Under the pieces are notes generated by a model, which saw only the letters and a program-made list of their open reading frames with translations, did no database searches and was not told the origin of the DNA. A stretch of 64,000 bases of DNA, taken from the NCBI GenBank assembly GCA_041891055.1, contig CP169075.1:1-64000 (forward strand). Direction: 5' to 3'. Shown here piece after piece: positions 51,814 through 61,960 of this stretch. Each line of letters begins with the position of its first letter. Within the stretch, counting starts at the first letter, position 1. This DNA is from Halorutilales archaeon Cl-col2-1. GTDB lineage: Archaea > Halobacteriota > Halobacteria > Halobacteriales > Afararchaeaceae. The position numbers and the translations under genes are program-made.

Positions 51814-54708
51814 TCACTCGCTGTTGTACTCTCGTACTATCTCCTGTAACTCCTCGATAGAAAGAGGCTCTACCTCAACTCTCTCTCCATCCTTCGTATA
51901 GAACAAACTCGTCGTGACGTCTTTTTCTGCAAACCACTCTGAGAGAACGTGGTAGTAAATACTTAGCTGCTTTTGGTACTCGGGTTGGGCTTTTCGGGTA
52001 CTATCTGTCTTGTAATCGATTATCTCGACCTCATCGTCTGTTTCGTGGACAAGGTCGACAATGCCCGATATTACTACTTGTTCTTCATCTACTTGTAGTG
52101 GTAGAGTGACCGGCTCCTCAACGTGTAATTCGTCCGATAGTCCATCGATTAAGTCTTTGACCCGTCGTTCGTCGGGATTAGATGGATCCACGTCTTCGCC
52201 GAGTGCATATGCCTCTGCGAAGTCATGTACTTGAGAGCCAAAGTCCATCCCTCGGTCATTTGACTCGGCATCGATGCCTATCTCAGTCTCCATCTCTATC
52301 TCTTCATCAGATTCTTTGAACACTTCATTGTTCATCAGCGAGTGGGGTGAGTGACCGGTCGGTTCATCCGGTGTCTCGACTGTGAATGGCAACTCTTTCT
52401 GAACTATCTGTTCTTGACTGACTGGTTCAACATCAGGTTCTATATCCTCGAGGTCGAGGGGTAACTCCTCAAGGAATGTGTTTGGATCCTCCCCACCTGC
52501 AAACAAGACGTGGCTCTCTGCACGTGTGATAGCGACATAGAGGAGGCGTCTTTCTTCGTCGTACTCAGGAGGGAGACAACGACGGATCACGTCATATCGC
52601 CAGTTGTCATATATATGTGGATGTTCTCGGATTTCAGAGTATATCTTGCGCTGTCGGAGACCAACCGGATCCTGGTACTGAATTACGCTTGAATCACGTG
52701 CTGAGGGCGGGAAACGTCCGCTGTTCATATTCGCCATGATTACTATCGGATACTCGAGACCTTTCGCAGCGTGAACTGTCTGGACAGTAACCGAATTATC
52801 TCCAGCACTCGTATGCACATCGAGTATGCTACCGTTTTCTATCCCACGTTCGATGAAACGGATCAGATCGCCTCGGGTGAGAGTAGTCGAGTCATGGACT
52901 GACTGAACTGTATCGAGTATGACATCGGCGTAGTCTCCTGTGAATCCGTACCGTTCGAAGACACGGCGTGTAACTGCTCCGACAGACTCTAGAGATCGGA
53001 GGGCATCTCGAAACTCGACCATCTCAACAGGATAAGACTCAGTCTCTAAGATGTGTTTTATTTCGTCGAACGTGTAGCCTGTCTTCTCTAACACGACTGC
53101 CCATCCACGGTCGGCATCCCGTTCAAGAATCCGGAGCCATGCAAGGAGAAGCTTTGCAGGGTCGGTTCGGAAGAGTTCGACCCCTCCATCATATGCCATC
53201 GGGAAACTGTATTCATCGGCAACTTCGAGGAGTTCACGACCGTAGTCCCGAGTTCGTGTGAAGACGGCAATGTCTTCGAAGTCAGGAGGTCGTGGCTCTC
53301 CATTCTCGTCTTCAACAGAATACTCCTCGTTACCCACAATCTCCTGTATTAGAGATAGGACGGCTTCGTGTTCGTCCTCGTTTTGGAAACCACTCAGAAC
53401 CGTGTTGTCGAACTCAGCGTTCGAGGATAATCCGACGACGTCCTCGATTTCTGTCTCGTCGACTTCTTCATTACTTGATGCTGGTGTTACGAGTGCTTCT
53501 TCAGAGAAGTCCAGAATAGTCTGGGTGGATCTGTAGTTCTCTTTGAGCGGTATCCGCGTGATTGAGTCAGTGTCAAAGTCGACCCTGTCTGTGTCGCTGT
53601 TGAGGTCGGTGCTGAACTCTTCGAGACGGTTCTTGAACTCCATTATATTCTGTACATCAGCATACTGGAAAGAGTAGATACTCTGTTTCCAGTCTCCGAC
53701 AACACAGAGATTATCAGTACGAGTCAGGAGTAATGCGAGCTTGAACTGAATCTCACTCGTGTCTTGAAACTCATCGACCATTACATACTCGAATCCGGCG
53801 TCTTCACGGAGCCTCGGCTCTTCACAGAGGAGGACGAAGGCGAAAAGCTGGAGGAAACCAAAGTTGAGATAGTTTCGGCTGAGTGCGAACTCTAAGTACT
53901 CGAAGTAGACGTCGTGGACAAACTCTTTGAGGTCATCTCTCTCCTCATTAAATACCTCGTCTGCGACGGTGTCGTCTAACTTCTTCGTTCCTCGACCTCC
54001 TCGTAACTCTTTCTTTGTTGGGGCATCAGGGAGATGGATCTTGTTCTGTTCGAAACGTCTTAGACTATCTCGAAGCTGGGACTGTTTTCGACCGTCGTTA
54101 CGTGGCTCGTTGACCTCGTCGAATTTCTCTTTGAAGGCTTCGAAATCCCCATCGAGATACTTTTCACCGTCACGGTACCAGCCGTCTACTGTTGGAAAGA
54201 CTCCCTTAGAAGCAAGTTCTTTGATCAGATCAAGTAGCTCACTTGGACTCGGTAGTATCCGATAGAACTCCGTATACTCGGGGTGATCCCCGCGGAACTG
54301 CCCGAAGAACTCCCGGAAAAGCTCAGCTTCGATGAGTTCGTCCTCGATGATACGTGTTGATCCCGTGATCCGTCCATCGATACCAAGATGAGTCGGAGCG
54401 GAGTAGCCATGTTCTCTAAGGATATCGTGGCAGTGGGAGTGGAAGGTTCGGATCGGAGCGTCGGCTAACTCACGCATCCGGTAGTCACTGTGTTCGACGA
54501 TCCTCTCTTTCATCTCTGCTGCAGCACTTCGAGTGAATGTCACCAGTAGTATATCCTCAGGATCAACTTCGGACTGGTTTACGATATTCGCATACCGACG
54601 TGTAATCGTGAATGTCTTCCCTGTACCGGGTCCGGCATCGACGAGATAGATCCCCTCGGTCTCGTTAATGAGCTGTTGCTGTCGTTGGTTGGGTGTCGGT
54701 TCAGTCAT
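51814..54708 (-). CDS. UvrD/AddA(AdnB)-like helicase-nuclease
   Basis: AGPGTGKT, VDEFQD, VGDWKQSIY, NYRS, YVAITRA; C-terminal GIVD..IIDYK. Confidence 0.92.
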   Translation of the reverse strand: MTEPTPNQRQQQLINETEGIYLVDAGPGTGKTFTITRRYANIVNQSEVDPEDILLVTFTRSAAAEMKERIVEHSDYRMRELADAPIRTFHSHCHDILREHGYSAPTHLGIDGRITGSTRIIEDELIEAELFREFFGQFRGDHPEYTEFYRILPSPSELLDLIKELASKGVFPTVDGWYRDGEKYLDGDFEAFKEKFDEVNEPRNDGRKQSQLRDSLRRFEQNKIHLPDAPTKKELRGGRGTKKLDDTVADEVFNEERDDLKEFVHDVYFEYLEFALSRNYLNFGFLQLFAFVLLCEEPRLREDAGFEYVMVDEFQDTSEIQFKLALLLTRTDNLCVVGDWKQSIYSFQYADVQNIMEFKNRLEEFSTDLNSDTDRVDFDTDSITRIPLKENYRSTQTILDFSEEALVTPASSNEEVDETEIEDVVGLSSNAEFDNTVLSGFQNEDEHEAVLSLIQEIVGNEEYSVEDENGEPRPPDFEDIAVFTRTRDYGRELLEVADEYSFPMAYDGGVELFRTDPAKLLLAWLRILERDADRGWAVVLEKTGYTFDEIKHILETESYPVEMVEFRDALRSLESVGAVTRRVFERYGFTGDYADVILDTVQSVHDSTTLTRGDLIRFIERGIENGSILDVHTSAGDNSVTVQTVHAAKGLEYPIVIMANMNSGRFPPSARDSSVIQYQDPVGLRQRKIYSEIREHPHIYDNWRYDVIRRCLPPEYDEERRLLYVAITRAESHVLFAGGEDPNTFLEELPLDLEDIEPDVEPVSQEQIVQKELPFTVETPDEPTGHSPHSLMNNEVFKESDEEIEMETEIGIDAESNDRGMDFGSQVHDFAEAYALGEDVDPSNPDERRVKDLIDGLSDELHVEEPVTLPLQVDEEQVVISGIVDLVHETDDEVEIIDYKTDSTRKAQPEYQKQLSIYYHVLSEWFAEKDVTTSLFYTKDGERVEVEPLSIEELQEIVREYNSE

Positions 54709-57313
54709 CTTTCTCCCCCTCCAGCAGTAGGTCACGGTTATCTATTCGACGGTAGTTCGGCTCTCCAGATAGACCTTCGACTGGAAAGCGTTCATCACCT
54801 GATCGGCGTCGATTGAGCTCTGTGAGACGCTCGTCGACGAAATCCTCGAACGCATCGAGATCTTCACGGAAGAAAGTCCGCTCCCGAATCTTGTTGAGTC
54901 TACGTATCGCCTGGTCACTTCCCTTCTCGGCGTCTACATCCTCAGATGTCCCTACGTCGACAGCCGTCGTGAACTCCTCGGCGAACTCAGACGAGCGGAG
55001 CTCGCTCTTCTCAGTTGTATCAGGGAAAGTTAGCTGGTTCATGATGTCACTGTATGATGGGTATCCAAGATCGTCGAAAGTCTCTTGACAGTCGTTGTAG
55101 CCATTGAGGAGCTCTTCATAGGCGTCACGAGATCCCACGTATTCGTCGAAGGTGAAAGGATAATAGGAGACTGTCGTAACTGCGTCCTCGATATTAGCCT
55201 TGCCTTCTATTACATCATCTATGGTGTCTAAGAAATGGAAGAAGGTGAAATCGAGAGGCTTGTTCGGCTGTATACTTCGGTAGTAGGTGAGATACACTGC
55301 TGCTTGGAAGTTCGGTGTATCTGCTGGGGAATCAACTGCCGCACGTTTGACAACTTGATATTCTGATTTCTTTCTCCCGCTTTTGTAATCGAGGAGGTGG
55401 TCTGGGGACTCAATTAGATCTATTTTGCCTTTGACACCGAGAGAACTATCCTCGAACCACCTCTCAGTAACTGTAGAGTCAATAGGTTGGTCGAAGTAGT
55501 TGGCGAAGAAATTCGATCCCCAACCCGATGTTGAACTGAGAAAACTGTCGGAGTCTGGGGAGTTACTGTCGAGATACTCAATTATATTCTCCAGACCGAT
55601 TTGGTATTTTCGTCGACGAAGAGTCTCATCTGCGGACGAAAAGAAGGGTTCTGCCTCGGTGATCATCACGTCTATGAGTTCATCCATATCGGTATTATCT
55701 ATGGTCTCGGGATGGTTCACGTAGAACTCAGCGAAGTCATGGAACAGGTTACCCTCGACGAACCTTTCTTGATCCGGTAAATCAATAAGCTGGTTGAAGA
55801 AGTAATCGCGCGGACTGTTGACATAGCTGTTTAGACTCGACTGACTTACTGTATCAACCGTTTCTGACTCCACATTGAGGCTATTGCGCTCGAATCCACC
55901 CATAGAGTCGTCTGAACGTTGAATGCGTTGATGCTTAACTGAGTTGAGGTCACTAAACCTCTCGAAGTCGTCTTCGAAGAGATCGCCGAAATAAAGACAC
56001 GGTGTAACCGGCTCACCTCCTGCGGAGTCCTGTACTAGGTAATACTGCTCGCTCCCGCTTTGGAGGAGACGTTGAAACCCACCGATATATCGTCCGAACT
56101 GAGACTGGGTATCAACCCAAGGACGTTGAGGTGCTGAGTGTGTCCAGTTCTGATCCATACCGATGTAGAACACTACAGGACGGTCGACGTAGTTGGACGA
56201 CTTCGCATCGGCTAGAAGGACTCCTTCATTTTCTCTGTCTACTGGAACCTCATATGTCTCTAAGTAGTAGGAAAGTTGATCGACATAATCGTCTGTGATC
56301 TCTTTCTCTGACAGACCGAGTTTATCGAGTTCTTCGCCGAAACGTTCAAGTTCAATACCGGTTTTCTCTGTATATTCATTGAGAGCGTCGTCAAATGTTC
56401 GTCTGTCTATGTTGTCACAGAAGCCGTGTAGCCAGTCGAGAACTGAAGACTCTACGGAAGCAAGACGCTTCTCATAGTCATCGAACGGGACATCGAGTCC
56501 CATCTGTGTAAGAACGGGAGCCACGTCCCCAACGGTCGTCTCAGAGCCTCGGAACGGTATCCTGAGTAACCGTACGAAAGCTCTGTGGTGAGGGTCATCG
56601 ATAAATCCGGGTCCACCATAGAACGGTATCTCAGCGGATTCAAATGCTGATTCGATAAGAGAGGAGTATTTGCTTGCACTATCGACTACGACGGCGACGT
56701 CGTCGGCATTCTGTGGATTAACTGTATCTAATAGTGCATTGACGATTTCAGCTGAAGATTCGAAGATATGGAAGGAAGGGTAGTTGAACTTTTCGTCAGT
56801 GAATAGTTCTATGCGGTCGACGTCCGGTGGCAGTATACTACGTTCGAGGTTCGTGAGCTGATCGTAGCCGACTACAGCTACAGACTGATTGTTTTCGACC
56901 TCGTAGTCGGTAAGCTGTCGGGATGTCGTCCTGAGTGAGGACATAATCTCTACAGCGTCTCGAGTCGCCTCGTTGATGTAGGCATCGTATTCGAAGATGG
57001 AGTCGAGACTGCCTTGGTGTTCCCAACACTGTAACACGTTACCGATAGCATACGAGATGGCTTCCCAGTCGTGTTTGGTCTCGTCGACTACTTCAAGAAA
57101 GGCTATACGGTCTTCTGCTTGTTCCCGTCTGCCAGCTGCGAGACGGCGTGGAGTAGTCGAGAAGGATCCAAACTGTGGACGGTCGAGACGTCGGTTGATC
57201 GCACTCGCAAAAGGGGCATCGGGAGTGATGACGAGGTCATAGTCTTTGACTTCTGAGTAGACTTCGTCGGCGTCTTTCGCTCGGTGAATTGGCACGGGTA
57301 TGTCCAAGCACAC
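54701..57313 (-). CDS. AddB(AdnA)-like partner: degenerate helicase scaffold plus PD-(D/E)XK nuclease
   Basis: SQSSLNSY, GNLFH, KGKIDL..LDYKSG; overlaps the helicase start; start may be GTG 57295. Confidence 0.85.
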   Translation of the reverse strand: MCLDIPVPIHRAKDADEVYSEVKDYDLVITPDAPFASAINRRLDRPQFGSFSTTPRRLAAGRREQAEDRIAFLEVVDETKHDWEAISYAIGNVLQCWEHQGSLDSIFEYDAYINEATRDAVEIMSSLRTTSRQLTDYEVENNQSVAVVGYDQLTNLERSILPPDVDRIELFTDEKFNYPSFHIFESSAEIVNALLDTVNPQNADDVAVVVDSASKYSSLIESAFESAEIPFYGGPGFIDDPHHRAFVRLLRIPFRGSETTVGDVAPVLTQMGLDVPFDDYEKRLASVESSVLDWLHGFCDNIDRRTFDDALNEYTEKTGIELERFGEELDKLGLSEKEITDDYVDQLSYYLETYEVPVDRENEGVLLADAKSSNYVDRPVVFYIGMDQNWTHSAPQRPWVDTQSQFGRYIGGFQRLLQSGSEQYYLVQDSAGGEPVTPCLYFGDLFEDDFERFSDLNSVKHQRIQRSDDSMGGFERNSLNVESETVDTVSQSSLNSYVNSPRDYFFNQLIDLPDQERFVEGNLFHDFAEFYVNHPETIDNTDMDELIDVMITEAEPFFSSADETLRRRKYQIGLENIIEYLDSNSPDSDSFLSSTSGWGSNFFANYFDQPIDSTVTERWFEDSSLGVKGKIDLIESPDHLLDYKSGRKKSEYQVVKRAAVDSPADTPNFQAAVYLTYYRSIQPNKPLDFTFFHFLDTIDDVIEGKANIEDAVTTVSYYPFTFDEYVGSRDAYEELLNGYNDCQETFDDLGYPSYSDIMNQLTFPDTTEKSELRSSEFAEEFTTAVDVGTSEDVDAEKGSDQAIRRLNKIRERTFFREDLDAFEDFVDERLTELNRRRSGDERFPVEGLSGEPNYRRIDNRDLLLEGEKDD

Positions 57314-57436
57314 GACTCAAAAAAAGATACTGGTGCTTGTTGGACTCAGTATCAGCTACAGATCATTTGTCTTCACTTCCGTGTCGGCAGAACTAGAGTC
57401 TACTGACAAGCCCTTCTTTAGGGGTGGGTAGCTGAC

Positions 57437-57778
57437 TTAATCAGCAGCGTTGATAGCACTATTCAACTCGAAGAGCTCCTTGACGACCTCGCTTTCGGTC
57501 AATCGGTATCGTTTCGGAGAGGTGTTAGGAACCTCTTCGAGGATATTTACTTCGAGTAATAGATCTATGTAGTTCCCTACCGTCTGTCGCGTGACCCCGG
57601 CGTGCTCGGCTAACTCAGTCTTATTAAACTCCTTTCTAGGAGGGAGGTCTAAGAGAGCGTCTATAAGTATAGGTATACTCTCGTGTTGAGTCAGGTATAG
57701 CCATCCGCTAGGATGTTCTAAACGTTCCTCCTTTGTATCTACTTCCTGACTTTTGGATCCATCGGAGACTTGACTCAT
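57437..57778 (-). CDS. Winged-helix DNA-binding protein
   Basis: FNKTELAEHAGVTRQTVGNYIDLL. Confidence 0.85.
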   Translation of the reverse strand: MSQVSDGSKSQEVDTKEERLEHPSGWLYLTQHESIPILIDALLDLPPRKEFNKTELAEHAGVTRQTVGNYIDLLLEVNILEEVPNTSPKRYRLTESEVVKELFELNSAINAAD

Positions 57779-57850
57779 GTTTGTTACTATTAACTTTGAG
57801 TGGTATAACTCTTTGCACCGGTGTTAATCAGTATTAACAGTCTTTAATAA

Positions 57851-57970
57851 TAGCTAACCAACATTTTCGAAATATTGTCTAGAGATGTTGGTTAGCTAGG
57901 GAGAGAAATACACTCCAAAGCGGGTGTGGTGGTGTCGGTGTTAAGCTGGGTCAGGTGACTCAGGTTAACA
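57851..57970 (+). repeat. Full composite repeat
   Basis: Same as 39133-39252. Confidence 0.92.
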
Positions 57971-57978
57971 GTTAGTAA

Positions 57979-58251
57979 GTCTCCGTCCTCAAGGAGTCGT
58001 TCGCAAATCTTTGATTTGCGACTGTAGCCAATCAGAGATTGGCATACCTACGAGAACGGAGTTCTCGGGACGGGAGCAAATCTGTGATTTGCGAGCCTGC
58101 GAGAGCAAAGCTCTCGGGACGTTGACGAATCGCAGAGCGATTCGTTCGCACACCAGAACGCCTTGCGTTCTGGGGACGTTCGTCAAACTTTGTTTGACGT
58201 GCCAACAAGATCGGAGATCTTGTGACGGGGCTTGACCCCGAGGCGGTTGAC
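57979..58251 (+). mobile_element. IS605 end remnant filled with nine tandem hairpins
   Basis: Left-end fragment CCGTCCTCAAGGAG; right end GGGGCTTGACCCCGAGGCGGTTGAC. Confidence 0.75.
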
Positions 58252-58438
58252 TTTTTCCTACTCCCGTTTTACCGTAAGCAAATATATTCTTGGGAGGGTC
58301 ACAGTTCATCACAGGCTGGAGAATATCAACATACTCAGAGATCTCCTCGTCTCTTTCTTCGATGTCTTCCGGCTCATAGTCTTCTCGAAGTGGGGTCTCA
58401 GTACGGAAAATCGATTCGTCCGGCTCAAAGAGTCCCAT
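58252..58438 (-). pseudogene. cdc6: Truncated orc1/cdc6
   Basis: LREDYEP...ERDEEI...YGKTGVGK, cut at Walker A by the IS end. Confidence 0.88.
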
Positions 58439-58459
58439 GAAAGATTATCATACATAAAA

Positions 58460-58725
58460 CCACCCCCTTCAAGTGTTTCAAGTGTTTCAAATGTTTTACT
58501 TCTTTAAATACCCCCACACCCCACTGTTTCAAGTGTTCCTAGCTTAAAACAACACTCTCAATAGTTAGTTAGTTATTAAAAACAAAATATTTAATATAAT
58601 ACAATACATCTATTAGGTTTATGGGTAACTGAGACTTATTTTCAGTATTCTAGTATAGTGTCTAAATAGTATACGGATAGAATACCCCTAGTTATCCAGA
58701 ACAGTTGAAACGATGGGGTGGGGGA
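58460..58725. promoter_or_regulatory. Second replication origin (ORBs with G-strings flanking an AT-rich tract)
   Basis: CCCCCACACCCCACTGTTTCAAGTGTTC and inverted GAACAGTTGAAACGATGGGGTGGGGG; tandem TTCAAGTGT; upstream of the cdc6 remnant. Confidence 0.8.
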
Positions 58726-58742
58726 GTCTTTGATTTGCTGAA

Positions 58743-58860
58743 CTAACCAACATTTTCGGAGAATTGTCTAGAGATGTTGGTTAGCTAGGGAGAAAAATAC
58801 ACTCCAAAGCAGGTGTGGTGGTCGTTGGTGTTAAGCTGGGTCAGGTGACTCAGGTTAACA
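58743..58860 (+). repeat. Full composite repeat
   Basis: Same as 39133-39252. Confidence 0.92.
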
Positions 58861-58869
58861 GGGGCGGCT

Positions 58870-59328
58870 CTACTCGAACAGATCTTCGAGAGCCTCGTCT
58901 ATGAGATCGTCGACGTCTATACCTTTCTTTTTAGCTACGTAGAGAGCTGCGGCTTCGATGTTGACTGCCTGGAGTTCTCGTTTTGCTCGGTTGATTTCGG
59001 CTACTGTCTCCTGTTTTTCGAAACCGTTGGCGATGAGTCTGTTCAGTATCTGGTCGAATAGGTCTTGTTCTCCAGTTATTGTCTCTACGTCGGGAGGCGA
59101 ATAGCCTGTAGTATCTACCTCCTCGACAGAGAACTGTACTTGGACGTCGTCTTCTTCTCCTGTAGGTTCGAGTAAATCTCTTTCTTTTGCGGCTTCGAGG
59201 ATCTTTTCGGCTTCGTCTGGGTTGTACCAGTCTCTATCACGAGATAGAGAGAAGATGAACTCCACTTGGGTTAGAGTGTCTTTGTCTCTTATCTTGAAGG
59301 GAGTGGCTACTACTTTTTTGAGAGTCAT
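58870..59328 (-). CDS. DUF2240-family archaeal protein
   Basis: VATPF...EFIFSLSRDRDW..P; AAALYVAKKKGIDV. Confidence 0.8.
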   Translation of the reverse strand: MTLKKVVATPFKIRDKDTLTQVEFIFSLSRDRDWYNPDEAEKILEAAKERDLLEPTGEEDDVQVQFSVEEVDTTGYSPPDVETITGEQDLFDQILNRLIANGFEKQETVAEINRAKRELQAVNIEAAALYVAKKKGIDVDDLIDEALEDLFE

Positions 59329-59415
59329 CTCTTGAGAGTTAGTTCACCCACGTAGTATGTATATCTTCATCATCCTCAAAAAGGTTAAATAAAAATAGAG
59401 TATTTTGTTATATGA

Positions 59416-61909
59416 ATGTCCGAAGACCTGTCTTCTATTTACGAAGATGTCCGTGACATAGGCTTTTATGCAGGTCAGATAGAATTAGAGAAGACTATTG
59501 AGGGGAATAGTCCCACTTTCGGTGACACTGAAGATGTAGTTAACGAGGTAGGCAAAGAAGTCCTTGACTCCATCGGGATAGACCGCCTGTACAAACATCA
59601 AACAGAAGCGATAGATGCTGTAAACTCAGGGGACAACATAGTAATAGACACACCAACTGCATCGGGTAAGACGATGACCTATGCTATCCCCATGATAGAA
59701 GAAGGTTATCAGGACAACACGAAGTCGATCTACATAGCCCCTCAGAACTCTCTAGTCAATGATCAGACAGAATCAATACGGGAGATGACTTCTTCTATAT
59801 CACCTTCTCCCTTTGATTCTGACTCACAGAATCTTGATAGATTCTCAGATAATAATCTGCCGCCAGGTTCTGTTTCGGTAGCAAGGTATACCGGACAGTT
59901 ATCCCAGACCGAGAAACGGAATGTGAGAAATGAAGAGCCCGAGATCCTGCTGAGTAATCCGGAGATGCTCCACATGTCAGTTCTGCCTTACGCTGAAACA
60001 CACTGGCGGTGGCTTTTTGAGAATCTCAGATACGTGGTTCTCGACGAAGTTCATAGATACCGAGGATACTTTGGGATACATCTATCACTGATACTTCGAC
60101 GTCTAAAGAGAAAAGCCGAGACATTCGGAAGGGATCTGCAGTTTCTATGTGCCTCCGCTACTATACAGAACCCTATAGAACATGCTAGCAGAGTAACTGG
60201 AGAGGATGATGATTCATTTACTCATATCTCCGAGGACTACAGTGCCTCTGGAGACAAACACTGGATGTTCTGGCAACCTCCGGAGAAAGATTCTAAGTAC
60301 ACTAATTTTGACTCTGAATCGGGAGACAGTATTAGTAACAGAAAGTCAAGCCACTCGGAAGCCACCGATATCTTCAGCTACTTTGTGATTGATAGATACC
60401 AGACTCTTGTGTTTACCCGAGCACGTCAAGGTGCAGAATATTATTCTATGGTATCGCAGAGAAGACTACAGGAGATGGGGCATAATGACCTCGCAGAAAA
60501 AGTAACTGCGTACGAAGGAGCGTTAACTGACGACAGACGGGAGGAGATAGAAGAAGGTCTAAAATCTGGTGACACATTAGGTGTCTGGAGTACGAATGCA
60601 CTGGAGCTTGGGGTTGATATAGGCGGTCTAGACGTTGTTATCTTAGACGGATATCCTAAGACCGTCATGTCTACGTTTCAACGAGCTGGTAGAGCTGGAC
60701 GAGGTAAAGACGACAGCGCAGTCGTTTTAGTTGCAGGTAATGACTCTCTCGATCAGTATATCCTCAGAAACCCCGACGATCTCTTCGAGGGCGATCCAGA
60801 GAGAGCTATGGTTAACCCCGCAAACGAGAAGATACTAAAAGACCATCTCGCCTGTGCAGCTTCTGAAAATCCTCTCGAGCTTACTGATAGAACATACTTC
60901 CCCAGTAACTTCATCGATATTGTAGAGGAGATGATCGAAGAAGGACGTCTTGAAGAGAAAGGTACGAAGTCAGAGTCAGAGTCAGGGTCAGGGTCAGGGT
61001 CAGGGTCAGATAGTAGCCACACTAAATTAGAAACCACAGAGGATGGCCCTCACTATTCGATGGCTATCCGAGACATAGACAGTCAGATGATACAGATAGT
61101 CGACAAAACAACGGGGTCGAATATAGCTGAGCTCCAGAGAAGAGACGCTTACCGTGATGCTCATAGAGGCGCCTATTATACCCACCAAGATCAGAATTAC
61201 AAAGTTGAGAACCTCGACTTGAAGGAGAGGCCGTGCCGAAGTAGTCCCTACTAACACTGACCAGATCACACAGACTGTGAGTGAGAAGCAAATAGACATA
61301 CTAAAGAGTAGAAATGGTAAGGTTCTAACTCTTGATACAGGAGATGAAGACGCATATGTCTGGTTCGCTGACGTAAGGGTCAAAGAGTCTTTTCAGAAGT
61401 ATCTCATCCGTGATAGAAGGACTCAGGAGGTATTAGAGGAGTATCCTCTCGATCTGCCGGATATAGAGGTAGAGACTGAAGCTTTCTATATCACTTTACC
61501 CGACAGTCTCAGACGAGATCTGATGGCTGGTATAGAAAGTGGTTCTGAAGATGACGATAAATACCTCGGAGGTCTACACGCTGCTGAACATGGTCTAATA
61601 GCTATGACTCCTAGAGAGGTTCTGTGTGATAGAAATGACCTCGGAGGACTATCTATATCACGTCACGACGGGACTAACGAAGCTACAATATTTGTACACG
61701 AAGGGATAGAAGGTGGTGTAGGTATATGTAAGGAAGCTTTTGAGTCTATCGAGGATCTGATACAGAAGTCTCTTGATATGATAACGACGTGTGGATGTGA
61801 GTCGGGCTGTCCCTCGTGTGTCTACAGTCCTAAGTGTGGTAATAACAACGAGACTATAGATAAAGAAATGTCAGTAGAGATTTTAGAGAAGCTTGCTGGG
61901 AGTCTGTGA
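59416..61909 (+). pseudogene. Hrq1/MrfA-like DEAH helicase with DUF1998 Cys cluster, split by one frameshift (~61230)
   Basis: LYKHQ, PTASGKT, DEVH, SAT, QRAGRAGR; second frame LHAAEH...CGCESGCPSC; removing one base joins the frames. Confidence 0.85.
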
Positions 61910-61960
61910 GAGAGATTGTCTCTAGATCTCCAGAGCGGTAGTGTGGCCTCTATTATTTCA

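Noticed and set aside
51814-57313. Cas3/Cas4 for the orphan array
   Set aside because: SF1 UvrD motifs, no HD domain, no Cas4 cysteine cluster
57989-58251. C-terminal part of the 149-aa ORF as genuine protein
   Set aside because: Read-through of truncated cdc6 into IS-derived hairpins
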